Source: Dimorphilus gyrociliatus | Lineage: Eukaryota > Animalia > Annelida | Direction of reading: 5' to 3' | Length of the DNA: 64,000 bases | Assembly: GCA_904063045.1 (NCBI GenBank) | Contig: CAJFCJ010000001.1 | Span: 3,038,001 to 3,102,000, forward strand | Part shown: piece by piece, positions 1-13,374 of the stretch | Layout: each line of letters starts with the position of its first letter | How positions within the stretch are numbered: position 1 is the stretch's first letter | Notes under the pieces: generated by a model | What the model was told of the DNA's origin: nothing | Database searches by the model: none | Seen by the model: the letters and a program-made list of their open reading frames with translations, nothing else | Made by a program: the position numbers and the translations under genes

Positions 1-3000
1 ACAAATTGAGTATCTTTGCAAGTAGTTATACCGTATTACATTTTACTGTATGATATCTCAATCAAATTTCTTTAATTTTTAACATTTTCCTAGAAACAAT
101 GGTGTTAATTTGAAATTGATTGATCCTTGGGAAAATTCAATGTCCGTACCTGATCCAAGTCAAATTATTCAAACCAATCTGAATAAAATATCTGGTTCAC
201 GAATATTTATAGGGCTATACGGACAAGTATTGCACAGATATCATACAGTTGATCCGTTATAATGGTTAATTTAACTACAGGATATTTCCTCCACATATAA
301 CGAATCTAACGAACAAACTTTACAATCAGCTTTCGATAAGGCATTATCCGATTATCCTTGGATTGGACAGTTTAGAGATATAGATTTAATTGAACTTGAA
401 TTGATGCACGGTTTCTTGAATAATCCTGATAAAATTCCAACTTGTATTTGCTTTAGAGTTTGTACTTTTACTTGAAAAATATATGAAAGACTGTTCTTTC
501 AATTCTCTTCAAATCAGAGTAGTACTACTGAGAAAATTGAAACTATAAGTGAACAATCAAAATCTATATTCAATCGATTAAAACAAGACGTAGCAAAACA
601 TAAAAAAACTGTAAATATTATATTGAATTGAATGGCATTATTATTATTATTATTAATATTAATATTTTATAGGCTTTAGGCGTTAAAGTGGATTATGAAT
701 CTCCAAAAAAGGTTAGGATATGAAATTATCATTAAAAGGAATAATGTTTATATTTTAATACCAATAGGGCGCCGAATTCGTATTTAAATGTATTGAGAAA
801 CACTTGAAAGAATACTTTAATCACTCACATAAGAGATTTTCAGTGTTAACTTGCCACGAAGATTATTCTTTTATTCAATGTAAATTACATGTAAAGGAAC
901 AATTCAATCATGACGTTTTAAACAATTATATTCACAGTTTGTTCAATATTTAAATGTTAATATTACATTTAATATATCTATCAATCAATCATTTATATAA
1001 TCAGATTCATCTAGTGTTACACCTTTATGCTTCGTTGGACAATCTGGTTCGGGTAAATCAGCTTTATTAGCAAATTGGAAAAAGGATTTATTGAAATCCT
1101 GCGAAAATTATGATGTATTTCTATTTCACGTTGGTTGCGATAATGATACAACAAAAATTCGAAATATTTTAATTGCAATGTATTGTTTTCTTTGCAAAAT
1201 ACTTGAAACTGAAACTATATTTACTCTTTTCGAGAAGACATTTTCTAAAGCAGTTGATAATGTTGAAAATACTTTATTAGAGTATAAATCAAGATTAAAG
1301 AAGAAACCAATTATGATTATAGATGGTCTAAATAGAATAGAAGTTGGTTGTAATTTCAAACCTCTTTGTTGGTTAACTGATAGAATGTTAAATGGAGCAT
1401 ATTTTATTCTATCAACAACTCCTTCTGACGATAAACATATTAAGGTTTTATTTCAAAGAAAGTTTGAAATATGCGAAAACGAACCAATTTGTAGTTTTTC
1501 GATTGAGAAAACAAAGGAAGCAATCTATTCTGTAGAATAAATTTTAATACGAAAATGAAATATTCTTGACCTTTTCTTTATACTTTTAGATATTATTCAA
1601 GGACAATAAGACTTTAAGAATTGCTAAGACACGATTAATGTCTATTTTTGAGAAAGAGGAAACTAATAATCTTTTATTTTATAACCTATTCATGAGGGTT
1701 AGTATCCAATCAACTATTAACTACACTCCAAAAACTATAAATCCTAATTATTTCTCATAGGATATATGCGAGATTAGTAAAGCCTCAATTCTGAAAGAAA
1801 GGATAAATGAATTAATGAATGTAAAAACAATTACTGCGTTAATTGAACTCATCTTGAAGAGATTGGAGAGAATTTTAATCAACGATCCAGAAAGTTTTAG
1901 AAATGTGACCTAATTTTCTTTTAAAAAATAAATACAAGTATATATTCAATTTCCAATAGATTTTATCCTCACTTATTACTGTTAAAACTGGTCTACCAGA
2001 AAGTATTTTGAAGGATTATTCAAAATTAACTGAGAATTTATGGGAGAAATTCTTTTATTCATTAAAAATGTTTTTAATTTCAAGAAATGGATGTTGGCGG
2101 TAAATTGAAATTATACTTTTCCAACTGTTAATAATGAAATTCATGCATTCAATCAGAATTGAATATAAAGAATTGTATGATATTATTAAAACAAAGTATT
2201 TTTTGAATGAGAAAGAATTGTATGTAGTTTATTAGAATTGAATACTATTAAGTTTATATTTGTAATTCATTGAACAAATTGTCAAAGGTTGAGAAGCGAA
2301 AAGAAATTAGTTAATTATATTTGGTCTTTATACGAAGTATATTCATCATTTTTAATTAAAACTATCATTGTTTATATGTATTATTTTTCAACGTTTTTAC
2401 AGAAACATTATGTGAAACAGGAATGTTTACCCTATTTTCTATACGAATTTCCAGATTTGCTGTTTAGACTAAACGAAACGGATAAACTATTCGAAATTTT
2501 AAAGAATGAAAGTATTTTTAACTATTTCAAGTAAATTGACAATGTTTTTAATCTTCTTTCTTATTAAGTAAACCAATCAATCGTTAATATTTATTCTCTT
2601 TACTTTTATTATTAAAGATTAAATCCACGGCTGTTTTTTAAATATTTAACCGAAGGAGAAAAAGTTATGATTATGCAAATAACTAATTCAAGATTTCTAC
2701 GAATCACATTATATTTCATTGAAGAGATTATTAAAGATTATAGACTTGGTTATAGTTGTAAAGTTGAAGATGCTGTAGCGATTTGCTTAAAAATCAGTTT
2801 ATGCCTCGATAAACTTCTAGATGAAACACTTACTCCTGAACTTGCTCTCTGTTGGCTTGAATTATTCGCAAAGGCTACTGAATTCAATACGGAAGCTTAT
2901 TCAATTTTACATGTTTTTGAGAATGCTAATCTTAAAAATTCTTTAGAAGTATTAATAAATAATTTGCTTAAACTGGTATATCAATTAATACGATTATTTC

Positions 3001-3991
3001 GATTATTTTTAGCTCGATAATCATCTCAAGAAATATCTTTTATTCGTTGAAAAGAACAAGAATAGTCTATCTGCATTTGAAATTTCTCTTACTATTGCTG
3101 AAATTGCAAATTTCTATTTCAAAATGGATCAGTTAGATAAGACCGAAGAACTTTGTCTACAATCTTTAAAGGTTAGAATAATATCAATTAATTAAATTAA
3201 TTAGTCTGTAAATCCATTTAATAGATAATGCAAGATAGTACATTCGACGAGCCTAACATAAGAACTGCGCAATCATTTTTCTATTTGGCTAATTTAGTAT
3301 ACGAAAGAGAGAAACCAAACGAAGCAGATGAATACTTGTGCAAGTTAGTTTCGTATAAAATATGATTATATCTTATAATATAGAAAAGAATATAATTACT
3401 TTTAAGGAGCCTGGAGATATTTAAACTATTAGATACAGATAATTCTGAATATATAGGTGATATATATTATAAAATGCTTGAAATTGAAATGCACAAAAAG
3501 GATATAAACGAACAAAAAATCCTAAATCTATGTCAAAAGACTACGTCTATATACAGAGTAAGGAAGATTACTGTATAAAAGGATTAAGAGATTTTCTTTT
3601 AAATTAAAAATTGTTCGAACAGAATATCTATGATAATCTTGATGAAAAATTCATAATGATGATAAGTAGGATGGCTTATTGTTTCTTTAAAATTGATCAA
3701 ATGAATCTGGCAGAGAAATATATTTTAGAATTTTGTAAGAATAGAATATAAATAGTCTTTTCATTTTATTAATAAATTATAATAAGAGTTTTATGATTTT
3801 CAGTTAAATTAAAAGAAATAGCAATACCTGAAATTTTTTATCAAGAAGATTTTATCAAAAGATTTGTTGAAGTTGAAAAGTACGAAACAGCTAAAACATT
3901 AATTTTATATATAAGAAAATCCCATATTTATGGAGATTTTGATATTTATGATGAAATATTGGATTTATGCAACAAAAAACTTGGAAACTAG
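1..3991 (+). CDS. DUF4062-like / NACHT-like P-loop NTPase / TPR protein (NPHP3/TTC41-like architecture), paralog A; 5' end lies upstream of the window; multi-exon
   Basis: Spliced by eye: QIEYLCK|NNGVNLKLIDPWENSMSVPDPSQIIQTNLNKISGSRIFIGLYGQ|...YPWIGQFRDIDLIELELMHGFLNNP (DUF4062-like). Walker A PLCFVGQSGSGKSALLANWKK at ~1021-1085. Walker B IMIIDGLN in ORF 1091-1540. TPR-like helices (IAEIANFYFKMDQLDKTEELCLQSLK; RTAQSFFYLANLVYEREKPNEADEYL) at ~3090-3340. Stop TAG at 3989-3991. Confidence 0.75.
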
Positions 3992-4230
3992 CTAACGAAG
4001 CGCTTAGAATAACTGTTTAGCTTATTATGTTGTAGTATAGATCCTTTTGTTTAGTTTCTCTATTAACAATATAAGAATGAGATATACTGAATAACACTAG
4101 TCTCTTCTTTTCTTTTTATCATTTTGAACTTTTATCAATATTCAAAACTGGCCAACGTTCACACCTTTAAGAAGTTCAATTGAAATTAATTGATAATATC
4201 TGAAAGAGAAATCTATCAAAAGTAACTAAC

Positions 4231-7200
4231 TTACTTATTCATTGTTTGTGTGTAAACTGTGTCGGGGAATATACTTTTAAGGTTTCTAGTCATTTTCTGT
4301 TTAATGGCTAATGCTGCAACGTTTTTAGGTGTATGTTGATTTCCATTAGGCATTACCGTAAAAAGCCTACGAGCTTTAAAAACTTCTTTTCTCTTCCAAT
4401 AGTTATCAATTAAATCATCGTAATAAGCTGGAACGGATTCATAATATCTCATAGTAGTTCTGTTTTCAACTGGAAGAAATGATAATGAAACATTGGAAAT
4501 TTCAAACAAATAGCAACAAAACATTTTACCAGCTTGCCACAGATATTTTTCCATTAGTTGATATCGTTGCAATTTAAGTAGGCAGTAACCAAGTCCTTCG
4601 AATGCTTTAACAACTTTAATATTTCTATTGAAATTATTCAATTTTCGCTGTAAAAACAATTCAATACTTTTCATATATATCTATATTTTTCATCTAGAAA
4701 GAATCTTTAAACCTTAAATATGTCTAAACTTTTACTAAAGAAATCAAAAGATCTTTCATAGTTGGAATCTCCTTTTCTGTTTTCTATAATACCAATTTCT
4801 AAACAAGCATCAGCGAAGAGAAGACAATCTTTTCTTCCAATTTTTTTAAATAGATCAATAATTCTAAAAGTAATCTTGCGCTTGTAAAAAACAAAACAGT
4901 ATAAGAGATTAAATTCAATTCTTACTTTAGGTAATATCTTTCTGCACTTGTAAAATTCTTTCGATCTTTTTCAATTTTACTTAATTTGAACATTGTTTCA
5001 ATAATTTCCATTGGATTTTCATCAAATAGACGATCTTTTATATTCTGGTTATTTATTTATACTATAAGATGATTTGGACTAATTATAGAAATTGAATATT
5101 CTAACTTTTAAATATTTTTCAGTTAAGTTATAAGCTTCATCAAAGTCTCCTTCATCGTAGTATAATAAACTCAACTTTTTGTACATTATTGCTCTTTGAA
5201 CGATTAAAGATTTGAATGCTTCGTGTTTTATAATATCGCTAGCATTAGAAATCGACAATTTACACTTTAATGGTTATAGGGAAAAAAGGAAAATTGTTTA
5301 GATTAGAACTGGAAAATTTGAATGTTAAAGATGGTTTACCTTTTCTGAATCTTTTAAAATTTTAAACTGTTCAACACACTTGAATGCATTTTTTAAATCT
5401 TGAAAAAGATCAAAAATCTGATTTAAATCTTTAATTAATTTTTGAACTTTTTTACAAGGATTATTATAATTCATTAAGAATTTAATGAAATTTTTCACAG
5501 ATAAGTTTAAATTGCTAAGAATAAATTCTAGAACGTGTCCTGCTTGAACAAATTCATCCCTTTGATAGGTTTTAACAATCATTTCAAAGATAACTCTAGT
5601 AACATTTAAACCAAGTTGATTACATTTCTCAATTGGAAAATGTGGAATAACTTCTAGAAACAAATCGCATTTTAAACTGTAAGAAGAGTTGTTAATAGAC
5701 AATATACAAGATATTCTACTATATCATTACCTTATAAATTCAAAGAACCTCTCTGTATTTATAAGCTTTGATAGTTCGGTTTTATCTTTCATTTTCATTA
5801 ACGAAAAGGATAATTCGTTTAGAAAACTTAATGAAAATTCTTCATTCGATTTCTGTTCCTATATTTAAAAAGAGGAGTAGAAATGTTTTTGATAAAAATT
5901 ACAAACAAACAAAAATAATGAAATACGTTATAAAGTGATAAAAGATAGTTGGCCAATGCTCTCTCCTCGTGTAATCTATATAGAAGAATAGAATAAACAA
6001 TAGAGACGCTTGAAAAGTAAGCTTACAATTTATATTTCGTTGGAAAGTACTTCATTTCAATGGCTTTTCGAAATTTTCCATTTTCAATTCTATAATTAAT
6101 ATATACATGTGTATTAGATTATACTGAATATATATTAAATAAACATTATAACTTACTGCCAAACGTCATCCTTACATATTAGAAATTGTTTTAATGATTG
6201 AAAAAATGGCGTCCATACTTGTTTCTTTAATTTTGAATAGTTTCTTAATTGATTTTCTGTTAGACCATAATTAAGGAGGCTAAGAGCGCATAATGTCTTC
6301 AAGAGAGAAAAGTATGATAATCTATATTTACTTTCTCAATATTTTCAAATGTATAAAAGTAATAAAGTACCTTTCTAATAAATTCTTCAGCGTTAAACTC
6401 CTTTTCTAGTCTATCTAAAGATTGTTTGAATAGATCTTCAATAGATTTTGTTGAAAGAACAGACGAAGTCTTAAAGTTGATATCTTTTAATGCAGTTGAC
6501 TCCTATTTGTATTGATTATATGTAAAAAATTATTAGAAAATGGCTTATAATCTATATATAACAAACTGATAAGATTGATTTAAATATGGATAGATTATCG
6601 GCTTCTTTGATTTCTAGAATTAATTTACATGGAATTTTTGTTCTTTTTACTTTACCATCATCAAACATTTTCTGTAATTATTTCTATTGTAGTAAGATAC
6701 GTAGATAATTTTGAATAAAACATGTTATACTTACTTTATAGACGCCTTTCTTTAACTTTTCAGTAACAAATATTTCGTACATTTCAAAGCTTCTATTCTC
6801 CATAACATGCAAATGATAATTGTCCGAATATCTTGATGAAAATATAAAGCATCCAAGCTTTATCATTCTATCCGTTATCCAATAAAGGGCGGGTGACGAA
6901 GGGCTTTTTTCTAATCTATCAAGCCCGTCAAAGAGTAGAATTGGTTTCTTTTTAAATAATGTATTAAACTCTTCCATAAGTCTTTCTAAACTTTCTACAA
7001 TTGTTTGAAAGCCTAATTCGAATTGAATAAGAGGACTTGGCTTTCCAAGAATCTCGTAGAAGAATGCAATAGACGATAAAAGAATGTTTTTAACAGTTTT
7101 AGTTTCTTTTTTACATCCGATATGAAATAAAAGAAGTCCGTAATTTTTTTGAAAGTCTGTTTGAAATTTTTTCCAATTGGCTAATAAAGATGATTTTCCA

Positions 7201-8433
7201 CATCCCGCTTTTCCAATTATACACAATGGCATTGCTAAAGGATCTTATATAAGGAGAAATGTTAATAGATTATTATTACTGAACAGTCTACTATTGAAAT
7301 ATAAAAGTTATATTAACTATTAATATGATTATTCAGTCTATTGAATGCAGCTGAATCCTCAACGTAAGCTTGATGCCTGATAAAAGAATAATTTTCGTGA
7401 GGTTTCATAACTGACCATTGAATATTATCAAATTCCAATTTTATCCTATTAACTAAAAATCCATTTAAATGGGTTGAGATACATTTGAATAAGAATTCAG
7501 CTCCCTATCAATTAAAAACGTAAATGTTTACCGTTAGCTTTCTAAAAATACATACTATAATAATTTATTCTCTAATACCTTTTCAGGAGTTTCATAGTCC
7601 ATTTTGACTCCTAAAGTCTACCGAGATAGTATAATATAGTAGATAAATTGGGAAATTATTGTAAACATTTACCTTTTTTATAGTACTTTCGCTTTTGTTT
7701 ATTATTTGATTCATTTTAGTTAAAACTTCTTCACTTTCAAGTTTTATATCCTCTTCTGACGTATGATCAAATAGAGAATCTTCTGATTTATTTATCTTTT
7801 TACAACTCTATTATTTGGAAGGGAGTAACCAATGGATAAACAATTATATACTATATGATGTATATTAACCTTTTCTCCAAAACAAAAGCATGTTGGAATC
7901 TTTTCTACTTTGTTTAGTTGATCAAGACCTAAATCTTGGTCTAATATACTAAAATCTTTTAAGTTATCAGCTTGCGAATATTTTTGAACAGTTTCCTCAA
8001 AATTCTTTTGAAAGACGTTATTATTCTTAGCATACCACCAGTAACTCTGAAAGAGATTCTTTGTAATAATGAATTATCATATTTTGCTTAAAAGATTACC
8101 TTTCCATCGAATTCTATAAGCATATCGGCTTCTGATAGTTTATTAAGCTGCCTACTGATAATTTGAATAGGATCAGCTGACTCTTCTTTCTCCTCTAATA
8201 AGTCAATAAGACTTAAAGTAATATTGTTGGTTCTAATATGTTATAAATAATAAGTTATGCGTTCTGTTATGTAATATATCTAAATATATTTAAGTATACC
8301 TGCAGATAGATTCAATTTCGGGTAGATAGTTTCGTTTAAGTTCCTCTTTTTCTTTCTCCATTCCAAACGGCGATGAAGTTATATAAATATATATTACAGT
8401 CTCGTTTTCTCTATTATCATTCAAACTGTTCAT
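4231..8433 (-). CDS. DUF4062-like / NACHT-like P-loop NTPase / TPR protein, paralog B; complete, multi-exon
   Basis: ATG at 8433: MNSLNDNRENETVIYIYITSSPFGMEKEKEELKRNYLPEIESICR (resembles the DUF4062 start xFISSxFxDMxxER). Walker A PLCIIGKAGCGKSSLLANWKK and Walker B LLFDGLDRL in ORF 6684-7232. Helical TPR-like exons in ORFs 5325-5702 and 4231-4674 (ALKAFEGLGYCLLKLQRYQLMEKYLWQA-like segment). First intron has the same position and phase as in paralog A. Confidence 0.8.
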
Positions 8434-8712
8434 TTTCTTATTATTATATATATATTTCTTTTAAAAAAGTTCATAAACAAACGCCGCAAAGCTTAAGCTT
8501 GTCTGCCTCAGAGCTTCGCGAAAGATTTAAACATTTTGTTTAACAACCTACTTTTATATGGAAGACTATTTACGTACGATTTTTACATTATTTAATGTTT
8601 ACTTTCGTTTAGTTTTTTCTTACTGATATTACTATGATCCGAGAGTATTTGCGGTGTTTTTTAGTTTTCATATAATAAAGAGAATTTCCCCTTTTGCTTA
8701 AAATAGTAAGGC

Positions 8713-8735
8713 AGAGAGAGAGAGAGAGAGAGAGA
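8713..8735. repeat. (AG)n microsatellite
   Basis: agagagag run read directly, between paralog B and the F-box gene. Confidence 0.85.
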
Positions 8736-9394
8736 CAAAATAATCTATTTTGAACTTTTATTCAACCTGGTTTGTTCAATCTTCAAAAGTAGCATTACCA
8801 TACTGTTAAGAGTATTTTAAACTGATTTTGTTTTTTTAAGAAACTTACTTAAACTAACCGAAAATAGATTAATATTTAAACAATAAAAAAAGACAATTTT
8901 CAATGAAAAAACCAGCTTAATAAGTTTATTCAAAATTGCATGAAAATTAATAAAAACAAATTAATAAAATCAACATTTTCTTTATTCATAAACCGGAAAA
9001 TATTTGTATGAGATATTTTTCTTCTCTCCACTATGATATTTATATATCTAGTGATTGCTTAGTAATTTTTATATTTACCCTATGGATCTACTAACATTAT
9101 ACACCTTTGATAGCCTACTTTTCGCACTTTAAAAGACAAAATTTCCTTAAAAATATTAATAAGTTTATGCATAAATATCAATTTTAATATTGTAAATTTA
9201 AATAATAATCTATTTTAAACTGTTTCATGTATGTAGTACAAACGAACGATATTGCGTAATTCATCTCCTATCGCTTTATAATTAATATTTATTCAATTCA
9301 TAATTGAATGGGTAATCATCAAAAAGTTTAAACACATACATATGTATTGAAAAATTGAATTTTGTAAAATTCATAAAGCTATTCAAGTAAGTTA

Positions 9395-11100
9395 TCATTT
9401 CCAATAATCTATTATAGCTAAACTACCGGGACTACTTGGAGACGCAGTAATAATGCGTGTATCGGAAACGCACATACAATGTAATTGTATAGGCTGTCTG
9501 TGAACAACATGTAGACAACGTTCTGTTCTCCATTCCCAAACAACAATTTTCTTTCCATGGCCAGCGCTGATAAGAATGTTATTACTTAGATTAAGTATAG
9601 AAACAATTCCTAAATGATGACCCTTCAATATTTTACAAGAATAGAAATGTTCGTCAATATACCACAATCTAATAGTAGTATCTTCGGAAGCCGATGCTAT
9701 TAATTCATCATTCATTGTAACGGCATGCTGTATTATTTCAATACGAAAATGCTTCAATTACAAAAAGACTTAGTTATACTTACAATATCACCAAAATGAC
9801 CAATTAACTTTCGAAAGAGATTTCCAGTTGAAATAGACCAAACAAATAATTCTCCATCAGATCCACCGGACACTACCAATTCGTTGTCACAGCATATACA
9901 AGAAACAATATCTTTATGACCGATAAGTTGATGATTTAACTGTATTTTGAAAGATTATATATACAGATAGCGTATTTTAGTTATCTTCTATACTTTGGGA
10001 TTCTTTAGATCGTATATACAAAGAGATCCATCAAAAGATGATGATACTAGATTAAATCCAAATTTTGCAATATCTGTTATATCATCTTGGTGATTGGAAA
10101 AGCAATGAATACATTTTTTTCCTTCTAAATCCCAAAGTCTTATTGAACTTTTCAAGTTTTAAATAATAGTTTAATAGTAATAATAAATATTTTATAATTT
10201 CTTAACCTACTGATCTAAACAGGCAGTTATTAGATAGACAGCATATATCAATTTAATAACTGAGCCCCTATGTCCCATTAACGTTGATAATATTTTACCA
10301 GTTTTGTAGCAAATAAGTAAAATATTGCCATTATCGCATCCAGCTATTAGTTGATTGTTCTAAAAAGATGAAAGAATAGACAATTGATATAGATAAACAG
10401 TAAATCTCTTGAATAAACTTAATTGAACATTACATGGAATAATAATGAATATATTTCTGAATTAGTATGAATAGTTGTTTCGCATTGTTTTGATCTTAAA
10501 TTCCATAATTTAATTATTCTATCTAAACCACCACTTGCTAATAAATTATCTGTTTAGAAAAACAAAGGATATATCGTATTACTTTCTTAATAACTCTTTA
10601 CCTTTACAATCAATACATAAAACTTTATCAGAATGAGCTGTATATATTGGATAAGGTGTATATCTTCCATTTTTCCAGTTTTCATTTAAATGATGTACCT
10701 TTAGAAATATTATTTTCCAATAACATATTTTTGATATTGTGTCACTATCTATAATCGAATATAAAGAAAGTTAACTTTATAGTAACAAATATCATATAAA
10801 AGCATCATATAAAATATCATTCTTACAAAATGGTACTTGAAATTTTGGATGACTTATTTTATTCGAATTACTTCCTTCAACATCATTTTCAACTGGTAAT
10901 AATTCCTGTTGCTCACCAAATTTTAACCAACCTCTAATTTTACAATGATACCTCCATAGAGCATTTGAATTAGCTATTTCTCTCCATGATTTTGCAGTCA
11001 ATGAACAATTTGATAAATCTTTGGCACTTAAAAATGAAAATATCTCATGATTTATTATTGAAGGTAAAATGTTTACAAAATCATCGCAAGTACTTTGCAT
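9395..11100 (-). CDS. F-box/WD40-repeat protein (FBXW-type SCF substrate receptor); multi-exon
   Basis: F-box DFVNILPSIINHEIFSFLSAKDLSNCSLTAKSWREIANSNALWRYHC (ORF 10792-11130). WD40 repeats (GHRGSVIK..., GHKDIVSC..., IASASEDTTIRLW, GHHLGIVS...ISAGHGKKIVVWEW) down to the stop at 9395. The ATG at 11100 follows an acceptor-like TTCCTAG, so an upstream exon is possible. Confidence 0.85.
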
Positions 11101-11371
11101 ATCTAGGAAAGATATGGTAAAACATAACAAATTAAATCTGAAAACTGGTAAAATATCTTATTTTTACTACTGTAGTTTAACATAAAAAGAATATTGTTGA
11201 AGATCAATAAAACAATTATGATGGATTGAAGTTCAAAGATAATAAAGGGATTAGCACTATATATTCATTTTGTATATATTTATACAGTATACTGTCTATA
11301 CTGTATATATCGAGCATCTATGTCCAAATTCTAATGATTTTATTACGACTTTATTTTCAATAAGTAACTTT

Positions 11372-11780
11372 TCAGTTAGTAATCTGATAGTGAAGATAGC
11401 CATTACGTGAATCCTTTATATGTGCTCCAGGGAATGAAGCAACGATATGCTGCATCAGCTTATTAGTCATTTCCCCAAACGGTTTAAGCATGACCCACAG
11501 AAATTCCAACTTTCCATAAAAGATCACATCCTTTCCCAAAATTGGATTTTTTGAATTGGTCATTTACCATTATAACAATCTGTGTACATAGAGCTTCGCA
11601 TACTTCCATACTATGACAAGTTAATACCAAAGTTATACTCTTTGCTCTTATTACTTTCAGACAGAAGATAAATCTCTTCTTCAATATGGTCTCTTAAAAA
11701 GCAATCTTCTATTAGGTTGTTGAAGACCGATTCCATATTAGTTAGTTTATCAGTTAGATCTTCGAAATAAGGGCAACAAT
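11372..11780 (-). pseudogene. Degenerate ABCA-family transporter fragment (second nucleotide-binding domain / C-terminal region)
   Basis: KRFIFCLKVIRAKSITLVLTCHSMEVCEALCTQIVIMVNDQFK matches the ABCA motif SVVLTSHSMEECEALCTRxAIMVNGxFxC. CCPYFEDLTDKLTNMESV (~11725-11778) matches GYCPQFDAxxxxLTGREH. HIVASFPGAHIKDSRNGYLHYQI matches the ABCA C-terminal domain. The pieces lie in different frames and large parts are missing. Confidence 0.65.
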
Positions 11781-13374
11781 CAACAAATTGTTGTTCTCTT
11801 GATTAGCCTATAATGACAGAAATGACCGCTAACCGGAACATTACATGATTCATCACTGAAATATTTAGGCGCAGTAATGTTTACAATAGCTATTTAATTA
11901 ATTAAAGAAACTTTACACAAGATTAAAACTACGGCCACTATATACATATGTCAAATTTTATAAAGTGTTACACTATATTAATAACCAATAGATCCTGGAG
12001 TGGGCAAGCAAAGAAATTAACCATCTAATTGAATTTAAACTGATCTCAAATTATGATTTATAATCTATTTGTATAGGAAATAACTATGTAAACCTAAATA
12101 TAATACCTCCTTAGGTTGCTCAAATCATATTCCTCTAAAATGTCGAATCACTTGATTGCTCTTTGTTATTGGAAATATAAATTATTATATGATATTAACA
12201 TTTTTGTATAAATGTAAAGTTATAAACTAAAACATGAAGTCTGTTTAAAGTGCTGTTTTGATGGAATTACGGCATGATTTTGTGTTGAGAACCTCGCAAC
12301 TGTAAAGTATGTTTATACAAAAAGAATTTTCACTAAAGTATGCTACAAGTTCTTGATAGATATACAATATTTTATCATTTAAGACATACTGACGTAACCA
12401 TGAAGCCATAGATGATGGTACCAACCTTACATATACATCAATAAAGCACAAAATCTAATACGGAAGAAGGTGAACATTGAGTACGTATTTACCTACAAGG
12501 CTTGGCAATTACTTGCCCAAGTAGACTGAGTAGTATCTTTGAAACCTTTAGTACAAGAAAGCACTAGCAATGTAGGATGCGAAAGAGTGAAAAAATTTGA
12601 AACCTATTAAATTATATAATTGCGATAGGGTCGAAAATTGAAGAGCAATTTCAGCTTTTCTGTATGTCATTCAAAGAGGGATACACTCCAGCCTTAGGTA
12701 TGTTTAGAGATGGCTATTGCTGTACTAAAATGGATAATTTTAGCAGTGACAGAATGTGGTTATAGTAGAACAGAAGAAAGTAATTAGAGAACGCTTCTGC
12801 GTTGATAATCGAGCCCTCAATAGCAACAAGTTTGCGCTCTCAAACTTACAATCCAAACACTTTTTAAACATCTGAAGACTTATTTCAATCTAGCAAAGCA
12901 AAACTCCAAATAATCACGTAGGAGTAGATACCGTAAATAATGGCATAAGATTGAATATCTATATTCATTTAAAGTCATTGGCATTCTGCGGAGTTCTAGG
13001 GGCTTGGTGAGTTCTGATTAGCAAACAGGTGTCAAAATCCATTGGTACTAAGTAAGATTTGTAAATAATTAGGATTTTTCAACAAATTGAACTAAGAGTG
13101 AGAATTGGCTCCTCTAAGCTAAGAGAGAGAGAAAAGAAACGAAAGGATTGGAATAGCGATCGTAAAATTCCCGTCACATCCACATCATTACCTCTAATGT
13201 AATGATTACGGCGTTGATGACTTATGAAATACACAAAAATACTGTTTTCCTTAATAAGAAAACTTACAGTAAATTTATTATTTAAAGAAAGCAAACTGTT
13301 TAGATAATTAGAGAGTTTTATATTTGAAGAACAATATCAATACCAGTAATTTCATTTCTTTCTTTAGTTTTCCT

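Noticed and set aside
12245-12451. 68-aa minus-strand ORF with faint SAM-like W-L...YFxEN pattern
   Set aside because: Spacing does not fit SAM, there is no convincing exon context, and it may be decayed sequence.
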